A DNA stretch of 64,000 nt from Octopus sinensis (lineage: Eukaryota), in assembly GCF_006345805.1 (NCBI RefSeq), contig NC_043011.1, positions 47,380,464 through 47,444,463 of the forward strand. The letters are read 5' to 3'. The position numbers and the translations under genes were made by a program. The notes below the pieces were generated by a model. The model ran no database searches and was not told the origin of the DNA. It worked only from the letters and a program-made list of their open reading frames with translations. Below, in pieces: positions 39,316-52,730 of this stretch. Numbering within the stretch: the first letter of the stretch is position 1; the number at the start of each line of letters is the position of its first letter.

Positions 39316-39522
39316 GACAGGCTTCTTTCAGTTTTGGTCTACCAAATCCACTCACAAGGCTTTGGTCGGCCCAAGGCTAATTAATGATATCACCTTTGTT
39401 AACAAAGGTGATATCATTAATATCATTAGGAGACATTTGGCCAAGGTGCCACACAGTAGGACTGAACCCGGAACCATGTGGTTCGTAAGCGAGCTACTTA
39501 ACACACAGCCACTCCTGTGCCT
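39057..39522 (-). mobile_element. SINE family A containing a 40-bp palindromic insert
   Basis: Colinear except for 39379-39428. Confidence 0.88.
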
Positions 39523-40028
39523 ATAGGCACTGTGAAGATACACAAAGCTTTGGTTATGATTTCTAAAAATATGTGGGTTTGGCATTTTGGTGCCACTAGA
39601 TGGCTCTCGGGGTCGGTTCCATTAGAGGGAGGTTTCCGATATTATTAATGTTGACGGATAATCTGCACAATGCTGTCAAGAATTATTGAAGCTGGAGGTT
39701 ACATAGCAAAAATGAAAGTAAAGATCACAGTGGCCAGTTATCATCTGTGCATGTGTATGTGTGTGTGCATATGAGTTTGTATGAATGTGATTATGTGTAT
39801 TTGTATGTACGGAGTGCATCTGTATAATCAAAGGTGCCAATACTGTGTAGATTATTGCAGTAATGATACACATGTCTTTTTGATTGTATCTCATATATTT
39901 ATGTTTTGCAATGTTATGATAATTGGTTTGGGGAAAAAGGTCGAAGAACTTCAAGCAGTTTTTATCACTCTTTATATGGAGACTGAAATTACAAATGTTT
40001 GCAATTAAAATGATAATATGAAATGATG

Positions 40029-40072
<44 letters not shown>

Positions 40073-40196
40073 CTAAAATAATATGAAATAATAATAATAA
40101 TAATAATAATCTAAAATAATAATAAAAATATGAAATAATATGAAATAATAATAATAATAATAATAATATGAAATAATAATACTAATAATAATATGA

Positions 40197-40255
<59 letters not shown>

Positions 40256-40276
40256 GAAATAATAATAATAATATGA

Positions 40277-40316
<40 letters not shown>

Positions 40317-41401
40317 TGAAATAATAATAATAACAACAACAACAAAACATAAAATATAAAGGCCAATCAACATCATCTGTGTGTCTGACTGAACAAATAC
40401 TGCCATTCTTCATGGGTCATAAAGAGATAGTCATAACTCACCATCGTCCATTTCTGTCCATTTTGAGAAAGAGAAAGAGGAAGAGCGAGAGAAAGGAAGA
40501 GAGAGAAAGAGAGAGAGATGGATGGAGCATTAAAGTTTAACAAAGGTGATATCATTAATTTTTTAATAGCAAGTGTTGATAACATTGTTAGTGCCAATGT
40601 AATAAAGAGAACTTGAATTTCTCATAAATTCGCTACTGGCAAATGAATATCTTTGCTAATTACAAAGAAAGAAAAACATTTTAGTAATATGGTCTATGGT
40701 TCTACAATCAACAGACTGCTTGCATCTGTCCAATTTAAAGCCATCATTGTCATCATTATTCCCAATCATCATCGTTATTATTACTACTACATTATTATTA
40801 TTATTATTATTATTGTTTTTATTATTATTATTATTACTATTGTTGTTATTATCATTATTGTTATTATTACCATTAATATTATTATTATGATTATTATTAT
40901 TTATTATTATTATTTATTGCAGGGAGGTGGAAATGGAAGAAATTGTCGAACACTAAATTAAATGCTTTTTTAGTTATGTCCTTTTATGATTTTTGAGTTC
41001 AAACTTTGTCAGATTGGCAACATCTTTTTATCTCTCCAGGTTCAACAGAAAAAAAAAAATATTCACTGATAACAAAAATGAAATGGTCTCAAGTTATATG
41101 AACCTTCCTGACAATTATATGGTTAGGAATTATTGGTTTACACAGGAATCACAGAGAATGCAAAAGTCAAAGTCTCATTCAACATCAAATATGGGATGCT
41201 CATGAATTGATCAGGAGAAATCTATTAGATCAGCATTAACCTGGGGGTCAAGCTAAACAGCCTTTTAGTATCTAGGTTCAAGATTCCTATATAAATTGTC
41301 CCTTTCATTTCATTTCAATTTATTAAAATTGGTTCTCATACTATACCAGTAATATAATGGACTCAGCTTGATTATACACCTTGTGTAGTATAAATTAGTA
41401 T

Positions 41402-41700
41402 AATTGTTTGTTCCTTCTCGAGCCATGCCTGGCTCATAAGGGCTGGTTTCCTTGGCGTATAGGTTCCCCACCTGGATGGGACGCCTGTCCATTGCAGGTG
41501 AGCAGCAAGATGCAGGAGGAAAGAGTGAGAAAAAGTTGTGGCGAAAGAGTCAGCAGAAGTTTGCCATTACCTTCTGCCGGAGCCGCACGGAGCATAGGTG
41601 TTTTCGTTCATAAACACACACATCACCCATCCTGAGATTTGAACCCACGATCCCTAGACTGTGAATCCACTGCTCTAACCAATAGGCCATGAGCCTCCAC
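41402..41700 (-). mobile_element. SINE family C
   Basis: ttgtttgttccttctcgag tail to ctaaccaataggccatgagcctcc head. Confidence 0.87.
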
Positions 41701-42059
41701 GTGTAGTATAATACAAACAATTATACTACACAGTCAGAAGAGGTCACTAGTGTTCCTACTTTACTGACATCTATTATGGATGTATGCAATATCTACCTCA
41801 ACCAGAATTGATCACAGAATTAAATATTACATGTTATGATGGTCAATATTTTTATATTCATTAAGGCAGTGAATTGGCAGAGTCATTAGCATGCCATGCA
41901 AAATGCTTTATGGTGCTTTGTCTGTCTTCACGTTCTGAGTTCAAATTTGGCCAAGGTTGACTTTGCCTTTCATCCTTTTGGGGTCAAAAAAAATAAATAC
42001 CAGTTAAGCACTGGGGTTGATGTAATCAACTTAACCCCTCTCCAAAATTGCTGGCCTTT

Positions 42060-42740
42060 TATTCTTTTACTTGTTTCAGTCAATTAACTTCGGCCATGCT
42101 GGAGCACCGCCTTCACTCGAACAAATCGACCCCCAGGACTTATTCTTTGTCGGCCTAGTACTTATTCTATTGGTCTTTTTTGCTGAACTGCTAAGTTACA
42201 GGGATGTAAACACACCAACACCAGTTATCAAGCATTTTGGTGGAGACAAACACAGACACAAAGACACACACACATGTGATTCGGATATCTCACCACCCCA
42301 TAGAGACAGACTCTGTCAGGAGCTTGCAAAACTTGAAGTAGCACAGAATCTGAATCAAACTGCTTTGAATAATATATATATATATATATATTAGGTTGGT
42401 GCATAATTATTGCAGCTTTTTTCAATAAATTTTATTCAACAAAAACAATAACAATATTTAGCAAAAACATCAAAAAGCATATTCACCATTTACTTCAATT
42501 TCTGCTTGACATTTTGTTTAAATTTTTTGTTGAATAAATTTATTAAAAAAAAATCCGCAATAATTATGCACCAACCTAATATATATGATGGGTTTCTTTC
42601 AGTTTCCATCTACCAAATCCACTCACAAGACTTTGTTTGGCTCAAGGCTATATAGAAGAAGACACTTGCCCAAGGTGGCATGCAGTGGAATTAAACCTCA
42701 AACAATGTGGTTAGGAAGCAAGCTTCTTACTGCACAGGTA
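42060..42740 (-). mobile_element. SINE family A interrupted in its microsatellite by extra sequence and a mariner MITE
   Basis: Tail half at 42060-42275, head half at 42585-42740. Confidence 0.8.
42391..42579. mobile_element. Mariner-type MITE
   Basis: TIRs ttaggttggtgcataattattgc and gcaataattatgcaccaacctaa with TA flanks; long imperfect inner inverted repeat. Confidence 0.88.
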
Positions 42741-44249
42741 TATCTCAGTTTCAGAACTCTCCAAGTTGATAATGAATATGTTCAGTTATTATCCACAAGG
42801 CCTAGGTTTCTGTAGTCAGGCCAGACCATTGCTTTTAGATTTTGTTAATGTCTCAGGGCAACAAATCACACTTTCTTTTCCATTTGGTATGCATTGTCCA
42901 CTCACATAGCACAACCCATATGAACACAAAGAAATCTAGGAGTCATCAAAATTTACACTATCCCCACTAGAGGCTAGCTAACCTGAAGCAAGCAGAATGA
43001 ATGGTATGAATTCATGCCCTTGAAGCTAATTAAACTATCACGAAACATTCAAGGTAACAATTTAAAACTGAACTGGCTAATTCATTTAATAATTAAGAAG
43101 TAGTGACACAGACACAATAAAGCATCTGTGGTAGTGATGATGATGATGGTGGTGGTATTTGAAACATTGACCATTCGTCCAGTAATCAGTCCCACCACCA
43201 GCATTGCTACAAACCAGCTATCTGGATTTTAAATGAATGAATCAGCAAAAAAACTTCTGATGTCGAGTTATTGACAAGTAAAGAATCGGATTGGTGTGTG
43301 AATGATTGCATAGTGGGTACTGGTTGCAGTAGGTACAGAAGAATTATATCTGCAATATCAAAAGAAGACATTATACTGATTCTAAAATCTGAAAATTTTT
43401 TTTTTTTTTGAAAAAAAAAAAAAAAAAAGAAAATGTTGTTGAAGGATTGAAATCAATAAAATTAGTTTTCCTCCTCATTCACTCAAATGTAAAAGACATT
43501 AGTAAATTGTATTCTACTATCAATTAGTCTTGACAGCCACTACATCAATGTTGTCCCCTCCATGCAGAAAAAAAAATTAAATAAAAATGCAAAAAAAAGT
43601 AAATAAATAAATAAAGACAGAAAGCATTTTTCTAAGAGTAAATATAGAGAAAAAGTAAAAATGTACACTTTTGTACAAAAAGATGTTTACAAGAGGCTTT
43701 CAAGTATCATATTTACCAATTCAAGATAATCACTAGAATTCAAGGAGAATTCTTTCTAACTGAGTGGTCTGTGTTGTGAATTAACAAGAATCAGTTCAGT
43801 AAAAAGCAAATGGTAAGATCTGTTAGTGCACAATGATGACAACGAAATATGATACATAAACATACATACGTACATACATATCAGGATAAATCAATTTTTT
43901 TCCATACACCATAAATACACATATATTTATGTACACTCATACACAAATATACACAGTGTGTATATGTGTGTGTGTATGTGTGAGTGTGTCTGTGTGTTGC
44001 AAGAGAGACACACACATTGTAGAAGTGGCAGTTCATTCATTTAACAAGTGAGATACTCAAGGTTCAATTCCCAGGAGATTATCAGAAAACTGCTGTGTAA
44101 GCAAGTACAATGTTCCTTATCATCATTGTAATCTTTTCAACGTTGGATTGATTTGGATGGGTCATCCTGGTCCGAATCAATTCATATTGGAAATTACTGT
44201 CCTCCTAGATGTGTCAGTGGACGATGTCTGGCACCAATATTTCATTTGT

Positions 44250-44483
44250 TCTTTTGCTTGTTTCAGTCAATTCACTGCAGCAATGCTGGAGCACAACCTT
44301 TTAGTCAAAGAAATCGATCCTGGGACTTATTCTTTGTAAGCCTTGTACCTTTTTTTACTGCTGGTCTCTTTTGCTGAGCCACTAAGTTACGGGGATGTAA
44401 ACACACCAAAATCAGTAGTTAAGTGATGGGGCACAGGGACAAACACACATACAGAGACACACAGATAAATATATACATGTATA

Positions 44484-44534
<51 letters not shown>

Positions 44535-44790
44535 TATAAATAGATATATGAATATAAATTTAGAAATAACAGTCATATATAAATAATATATATATATGTA
44601 TTTATATACATATATCTATACACATATATGTGACAGGCTTCTTTCAGTTTCCGTCTACCAAATCCACTCACAAGGCTTTGGTCGGCCCGAAGCTATAGTA
44701 GATAACACTTGCCCAAGGTGCCACGCAGTGGGACTGAACCGGAACCATGTGATTCGTAAGCAAGCTACTTACCACACAGTCACTCCTATC
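44250..44790 (-). mobile_element. SINE family A with expanded TA core
   Basis: Colinear tail and head halves. Confidence 0.85.
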
Positions 44791-45629
44791 CAAGGCTCCT
44801 TCATTGGAATTTCAACAACATCAACAGGGTATTTTTGTATGTATGAATGTGTATATATATGTGTAGATTTGTATGTTTTGTTTCATGTATGTATACTCAT
44901 GCATATAGCTACATGTCTAGACATGCTCATATACACTTAAACGTATGTATGTATGTAATGTATTTCATCAATTTTTGGCTCGAGAGAATGTATCAATTTA
45001 GCCATTTTCTGACAATGCTGTTCTCTCCACTGGTGCCAAGCAGAATTGATGTTACAAGGACATTCAAAATATTTTCTTTCCTTCTTGAAAGAAAGTTGTT
45101 CATTCATAAATAAATGTTATTCATTCATAAATAATTTGTCAAAAAAGTTGTTCATTCATAAATAATTTGTCTAAGGAAGGAATGGTGACACAGGTAAATT
45201 TTATGGAAGTAAACAGACAGAATCTTCCTAGAGCCTAAAATTCAGACATTGTTCAACCTGAGACAGTGTGGAATACAAGTGTCTTGTACATTAATACTGT
45301 ATGGGCCAAATGAATAGATTACTGAGGCAGTGTCTTTATGCCCTTACTGCTGTAACCCTCATCTGCTTTACAAGTAAGGTATCTCTTAATTTATACATCT
45401 AGAAAAGCTTACTGCAAGCAGACACTTTGTTGACCAGAAAAGCGACAAATGTTCTCCTGCTATAAGCAAACTTAATAGGTGTAGGTGTTGTAAGAAGCTT
45501 GCTTTCTGGCTACATGGTTCCAGGTTCAGTTTAACTGTATGTCACCTTGGGCTGACCAAAGCCCTGTGAGATGATTTGGCTGGTAGAAACTGAAAGAAGC
45601 TTGTTGTATATATATGTATATATATATAT

Positions 45630-45840
45630 TTTTCTTTACTACCCACAAGGGGCTAAACACAGAGGGGACAAACAAGGACAGACAAAGGGATTAAGTCGAC
45701 TACATCGACCCCAGTGCGTTACTGGTACTTAATTTATCGACCCCGAAAGGATGAAAGGCAAAGTCGACCTCGGCGGAATTTGAACTCGGAACGTAACGAC
45801 AGACGAAATACGGCTACGAATTTCGCCCGGCGTGCTAACA
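45630..45840 (-). mobile_element. Young SINE family B copy nested in a degraded plus-strand family A copy (about 45475-46090)
   Basis: Near consensus with CpGs retained. Confidence 0.88.
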
Positions 45841-46268
45841 TGTATGTGTGTGTGTGTGTTATTGTGCCTGTGCTTGTCTCCCAGCACTACTTGACAACTG
45901 GTGTAGGTCTGGTTAGGATTACGGTTACGTCCCTGCAACTTATCAATTTTGTATAAGAGGCTGATAGAGCAAGTACCAGGTTTAATTAAAAAACAATAAG
46001 TTTGGGGGTCAATTCATTTGACAAAGAATTCTTTAAGGCGGTTCTTCAGGATAGCCAAAGTCTGATGACTGATCAAATAAAGAGCAAGAAAAATACATAC
46101 ACACACATCTCTCAGTCTGTCTGCTTTTATGTCTACATATCCGACACTGGAACACAACGCATGCAGTTCTCTGATCTGTCAAATCCTGTCAAACCATTCA
46201 ACTCATGCCAACATGGAAGACAGACATTATAAAATGATGGTGATGATGATGATGATCATAATAATAAC

Positions 46269-46299
<31 letters not shown>

Positions 46300-46305
<6 letters not shown>

Positions 46306-46625
46306 GGGGCTGATTGTTACCTAGCTCAGATACCAGGAAACCCCAAAATGGCAGAAATTCAAAAGATAGTGCTCATGGGAACTGCTCATATCCTACGCAA
46401 AATACTTTCAATGTAATCTCAAGTTTTAAAACAAACATAACTTTCTTATGGTTTCTTAAACTTTCTCTAGAACAACACTATGTACAAAACCAAATATATG
46501 GCACCCTAGGCATAACACCAACATGAAATTCTAACTTGTCTCTTGAGATCTCTGTGTGAGACTTGGAGCCTACTTGTACAATTGCAAAGCAAAAGTCAAA
46601 CATAAAATAATAATAATAATAGTAG
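46300..46625 (+). mobile_element. 5'-truncated Dong/R4-type LINE 3' end inserted in (TAA)n
   Basis: GADCYLAQIPGNPKMAEIQKIVLMGTAHILRKILSM* matches the R4/Dong C-terminus; (TAA)n on both sides. Confidence 0.7.
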
Positions 46626-46809
46626 TAGTACAGGATGGGATTCTTTCAGTATCTATATATGAAATTCATTTTAAAGGTTTTCATTGGCCTGGACCTGTAG
46701 CAGAAAACATTTAGCCAAAATGCAACACAATAGAAGTAAACTTGAAACCACAAAGCTGGGAAGAAAACTTCTCAACTACACAGCCATGCCTATATATATA
46801 TATATATAT

Positions 46810-47140
46810 ATATATGTACATATATCACCGTGATCACTGTGACCGACCAGGCTATCAGATGTTGCTATCAGATGTTGCTGGTCACAATGCGCTTCGCATT
46901 GTTTTAGCCTTTAAATGACGCCATCCCACTGGCTAAGTGGGCAGGCCAACAGAAGAAAGAGTGAGAGAAAGTTGTGGCGAAAGAGTACATCAGAGATTGC
47001 CACCACCCTCTGCCGGAGCCTCGTGGAGCTTTGGGTGTTTTTACTCAATAAACACTCACAACGCCCGGTCTGGGAATCAAAACCGCGATCCTACGACCGT
47101 GAATCCGCTGCCCTAACCACTGGGCCATTGTGCCTCCACA
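46810..47140 (-). mobile_element. SINE family C variant with a different 3' tail
   Basis: Head ctaaccactgggccattgtgcctcc at 47115-47137; body shares gaaagagtgagagaaagttgtggcgaaagagt. Confidence 0.75.
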
Positions 47141-47164
47141 TGTATATTTATATATATATATAGG

Positions 47165-47525
47165 CACAGGGGTGACCGTGTCATAACAAGCTTGCTTCCC
47201 AAGTACATAGCTCCAGTTTCATTCTCACAGCATAGCACACTGGGCAAGTGTCTTCTACTATGGCCTTGGGTCGACCAAACCTTTACGAGTGGATTTGGTA
47301 GATGGAAACTGAAAGAAGCGCATTGTGTATATGTATGTTTGTGTGTCTGTGTTTGTCCCCCACCATCGCTTGATAACAGATGTTGGTGTGTTTACATCCC
47401 CGTAACTTAGCGGTTCGGCAAAAGAGACCGGTAGAATAAGTACTAGGGGGTCGATTTGTTCGACAAAAGGTGGTACTCCCGTATGGTTGCAGTCAAACGA
47501 CTGAAACAAGTAAAAGAATAAAAGA
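47165..47525 (+). mobile_element. SINE family A
   Basis: Degenerate head, intact tail gactgaaacaagtaaaagaata. Confidence 0.82.
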
Positions 47526-48074
47526 AATATATATATGTATATATATATATGTATGTATATATACACATATATATATATATAAACATGCTCAAGATTTCGA
47601 AAAGGTCTGTAAAATTAAAGAAAGTGTTACCATCACATAGCAGAGGCTTGGTGAAGAACACAGTGCTAAGAAATAATTAGATTCCGAACTTACATTGAAT
47701 GAGATGTAACTTGCAGTAACTTAAATGGATGCAATAAATGAGTTTGTACAAGACACAGCAGTTAAGAAAATGCTGAACACCAAAATGAAGTGCTTTGTTC
47801 TAGGTTGGAGTGCGGTCTATTTATTGCATTCAGTTCGGAACAGTTTACAAGTTCTATAAACTTCCAGCATTGCTAATTCACCAATGGAATATATGAAAGG
47901 CCAAATAATATAGTTACTAAAGTTCTGTACAAAAATTCAACTCTTTAAAGACACGCACATATATATAAATACTAAATAAAACTAAAAATAAAACATACAT
48001 ACATAAATGAATACATTCATACATTCAAATAAATACGGACATACAAATACATACATATATATATATATATATAT

Positions 48075-48225
48075 ACGATTTGACTGAGGTCTAGCAAACC
48101 AGCTGGATGCACCAGGCTCCAATTTGATCTGGCAGAGTTTCTACAGCTGGATGCCCTTCTTAACACCAACCACTCTGAGAGTGTAGTCGCTACTTTTACG
48201 TGCCACTGGCATGAGCCAGTCAGAT
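48075..48225 (-). mobile_element. Family D RTE-like tail fragment
   Basis: tttctacagctggatgcccttctt...cttttacgtgccac. Confidence 0.75.
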
Positions 48226-48232
48226 ATATATG

Positions 48233-48313
<81 letters not shown>

Positions 48314-49375
48314 CACACACACATATATATATACATATATATATGTATATATATATATATATATGTACACACACACACACACACATATATACATATATAT
48401 ATGTATATATATATATATATATTATATATGTACGTACACACAGACAAAGTGAGAAAGACAGTCATTACAATGGTTTAGACGAATGCTAAAGTGGAAGAAA
48501 TTTCTTGATGAAGTTTGAAAGCAGACAACATGCGAAGCATGTAAATGATGGCTGAGAAATAGAGTGTTAGTAAGCTTGATGGAAAAGTACTAAGATAAAA
48601 AATATATTCTGACAGAAGAACTAGGAAAAGAAAAGCCCTAATCTAAAGCAAACAGATTTGTACTCCCTCTTTCTCTCAAACAAACACACATGCACATGAT
48701 TTGTAGGATGCTTAAATTTCACAAATCATTCATTACTTGGCATTCTTTATTGCTGATTTCCAAGTAATCACTGGCAACTTGGAGAAACTTGGAGAAATGA
48801 TCCAGGAATTTTCAGCTTCTTGTAAATTGTATCCCTCTCTGTTTAGGACTGAGTATTTACTTTTGTAACTTCTGTTTACATTATAGTGTTTTATACGTAC
48901 TTTTTTTTTCTAGTCAGAGAACTTTGTTTTTTTTTCTATTCTACTTAGAGTTTGAAAGATGCAGAGCAACGGGACGTATTTTTACATTATTCGGAATGTA
49001 AACATTCACAACAGCATTTCTTTTTTTAGAAGTCAGGCAGTCTCATGTAAAGAAGCAGAAATGACAACTTCATCCACCCACTGAAATACGTACACACACA
49101 CATTTATTTGGTATGAGTTAAAGTAGAGTTCATTCTAAATAACATCAGAACTAACTTCCAATTTTATATATGTGTGTGTGTGTGTGAGTAGGCATGTATG
49201 CATGTGTCTATATATACGTGTGTATATACGTGTGTATATATGTGTGTGTGTGTGTGCAGGTAAATATAGACAGTTGAATAGCTGTGAATACAGCCATTTC
49301 AGCAAAATTACAAGAAAAGACAGAAAATTTTATAATGCGCAAATTGGATAAAATATATATGCATGTCTATATATA

Positions 49376-49410
<35 letters not shown>

Positions 49411-49413
49411 GTA

Positions 49414-49444
<31 letters not shown>

Positions 49445-49736
49445 ATATGTATGCATGTATGTAAAAGCATGGGAGCCGAAGCCAAAAAGCGAGAGAGTCA
49501 AAGAAAACAGAGCAATAACAGAGAATAAAGATGGAGCATTTGACTAATTCTATTAACATGTGTAGTGATTCAATTTAGTTGCACTTAACTGGTTACTTTT
49601 GTCAAGTAATGTTGCTGAATCTGGTTAAATATTTTATAGCAGCAGACAGACATAATTTTTCCACAAATTCAATTTCTTCTTTTTTTTTTTATATCTATTT
49701 ATTTTTCAATATATATACATATATGCATTTATATAT

Positions 49737-49782
<46 letters not shown>

Positions 49783-50025
49783 TATATATATATATATAGA
49801 TAGATAGATAGATAGATAGATATACATACAAACATAAAGAGACTTTAAGGTGTTTAGAATTCTCATTAAATTTTCCTGTTTTCTTTATACTATTTTGTCT
49901 GTTTTATTCTAGAAAGAGCATGTGATTCTAGGGTTTATGTGTAGCTTGGAATTTGGACATTTTAATATATAGTTATAGGTAAATATATATATATATATTT
50001 ACCTATATATATGTATGTATATATA

Positions 50026-50232
50026 GTTAATCTGAACATGGAAACACAAAGAGAAAACACAACAACGAGAGGACGTGGAATGAGTATAGTGTTATTGGAC
50101 ACTCAGGAAAGGAAAGAAAGAAGGCGGATTTAACGTTTCAAGTGGAGCTCTTCATTAGAAACATAGAAAAATGAAAGGTCCAAGGAAGGGAAGACGGAGA
50201 AAGAAAATCGCCAATGATACACACGCGGTCAC
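50026..50232 (-). mobile_element. Short (TA)n-embedded element with a degenerate minimal hammerhead motif at 50128-50162
   Basis: Minus strand gttt CTAATGA A GAGC tcc ACTT GAAA CGTT aaat; (TA)n on both sides. Confidence 0.5.
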
Positions 50233-50233
50233 A

Positions 50234-50278
<45 letters not shown>

Positions 50279-50283
50279 GGATC

Positions 50284-50333
50284 TTTGTCAGTGAACAGGT
50301 CGCAGATTTTAGCGACGAAAATGTTTTGACAAA
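50284..50333 (+). ncRNA. Candidate type I minimal hammerhead ribozyme with a G3/C8 core, inside a (TA)n-embedded element (50276-50469)
   Basis: TTTGTCA GTGAACA G GTCGC agatttta GCGAC GAAA ATGTT T TGACAAA: 7-bp helix I, 5-bp helix II, near-palindromic helix III. Confidence 0.45.
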
Positions 50334-50468
50334 TTAAACTGTTGAAGTGAATCGAACGGCTTTTGTGTGTTTCTTAAATGGCTTACAAACACCTTCCACG
50401 CTGCAATTGTTTTCGTTTCAGCACACGATCTCAGATCAAATTACTTGCTATGCGAGTACATCTCCATA

Positions 50469-50503
<35 letters not shown>

Positions 50504-52730
50504 TACAACTTAATATTTCATATACATTATCATCTGAGGAGGCTTGTGAGAGCAAGTGAATGGGTCAGTTATGGAGTACGAGGCAAGTAGAGTTATATGC
50601 TTTGCTTGATTAGTAGAAAAGGCATGTGGCCTAATAGTCAGGGCACCCAGCTTGCAATTGTAAGTTGGTGAGTTCAGTTCCTGATGGCATGTTGTATCTT
50701 AGAGCTAATCACTCCACTTCTTATTACTTCAGTCCACCCAGGTGGCAAATCGAGTTGCACCTGCAATTTAAAATTCAAAGGGTAGGTATGTCCATGGTGT
50801 ACTCAGCCACCTGCACAACTGATTGAGTCAACTGGAATACTTATCATCATAACTGACAGACAGCCAGACGAAGTGATAAGTGATATCGATTTCGAATTAT
50901 GGCACAAGGCCAGCAATTTCAAGGGCGGGGTCAATTGCACTGATTCCAGTACACAACTGGCATTTAGTCCACCGACCCCAAAAGGGCAAAAGGCAAAGTT
51001 GATTTCACTGGAATGGGAACTCAAAATGTGAACATGGGTGAAAAGCCACCAAGCACTCTGCCCAGCATACTAACAGTCCTGCAAGCTTGGTGCTTTCAGG
51101 TGATTAGTGGTATCACTTCACAACTACTGTGCCGCCCTTCAATTAACAGATTATTAATAATTCTGGTAACAAGCTGACGAAATCATTAGATCATCAGATG
51201 GAATGTTTCATGGTGTTTGTTCTAAATTTCTGTGCTCTGAGTTCAAATGGTCAAGGGTTCAAACTACAAAGCTGCAAAATGAACTGTGTTGCACTCTACT
51301 GCACTTTGCAATTAAAATACTCCCATGTGATGATAAGGACACCAATAAAGATCTAAAAATCTAAGCCCTCCAAAAGCAACCAAAACCTCCTTCAAATAGT
51401 GCCTAATCATCTTTTGGCAGATGATACTGGATAATGTAATCTGAAGTAAAATACGATTATAAAGAAAAAAATTGATGGAATGGTCACAGTTGGAATGAAA
51501 TTGACCATAAGTCTGCTCAAGCAGAGCTGAGCAGGGCCTAAACAATAAATGCACCATTTCATAATGTTTACCTCATAACATTCTTCTATGGAAAACCTAT
51601 ATCTCTGTGACAAAGGCTCATGTTAAACATACAGTCATATTCTTCTCTACTCATTATAACTGTACCAATACAAATTCCCATCCTTTCCTTATTGCCTCCC
51701 CACCTCAGGGTGGCAAGTTGGCTGAGCTGTTAGCATGATGAGCAAATTGCGTGGCATCATTTTGCTGGTCTTTGCGTTCTGAGCTCAAATTCTGCTGGGG
51801 TTAACTTTGCCTTTAATACTTTTGGGGTCGATAAAATAAATACCTGTTGACACTGAGGCCATGCTGGGGAATCGTCTCGAAGAACTTTTAGTTGAATGAA
51901 TTAACACCGGCAATTATCTTGTTTTTTTAAAGTCTGGCTCTTATTTTATCTGTCTCCTTTGCTGAACTGCTAGGTTACAGTGATGTAAACACACCAACAC
52001 TAGCTATCAAATGGTAGTGGGGACAAACACACACACACACACACAAATATGACAGGCTTCTTTCAGTTTATCTCCACCAAATTCAGTCCCAACCCAAGCC
52101 TATTATAGTATAATACACTTGCCCAAGGTGAGACCGAACCTGGGACCATGTGATTGGGAAGCAAAGCTCTTACCAGACAGCCATGCCTGCTCATATATTA
52201 TTCTTTTAAAAATTTCTTCACGGGATATTTACCATCATAGCTGTACATAGAACACAGATTAAATGAAGATTTGTAAACATATTAAGAAACTGCTTTGAAT
52301 CTTAGATCTCATTTCATCTTTGTGCCAGAACAATTTAATGAGTAATTAACCACACTTACTGCAAACGTGGTTCAGGGCAGAAAAAATTTGGCAACAGAAC
52401 TTGCCAACACATTTTCTGCTCATCTGACACTTAATACTTTGCAGCTGCTTACAACACTGAATCGAGCACATTTTCAATCTCATTGAATATTAAGATCTTT
52501 AAGATATCCAACTCATATATCATGCTTGTATCATCTATCAATTATAAGCTACCCAGCTATGATTGTTTTCTCAACTGCATAATAAATGTATAGTTTCCAG
52601 TTCATCTATCTAATGTATACAAATAAGATATATATCTGCAACATAAAATATGTATCATAAGTATATATTATACATGTATACACGTTTTTATAATGTGTAT
52701 AATATACATAATATATATATACATATATAC

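Noticed and set aside
40993-41205. 70-aa ORF with an apparent acceptor
   Set aside because: The acceptor lies in a decayed SINE B core; no donor or homology
43214-43391. Open minus-strand frame of about 59 codons after aaattttcag
   Set aside because: The acceptor is preceded by poly-A rather than pyrimidines, and several overlapping frames look equally plausible
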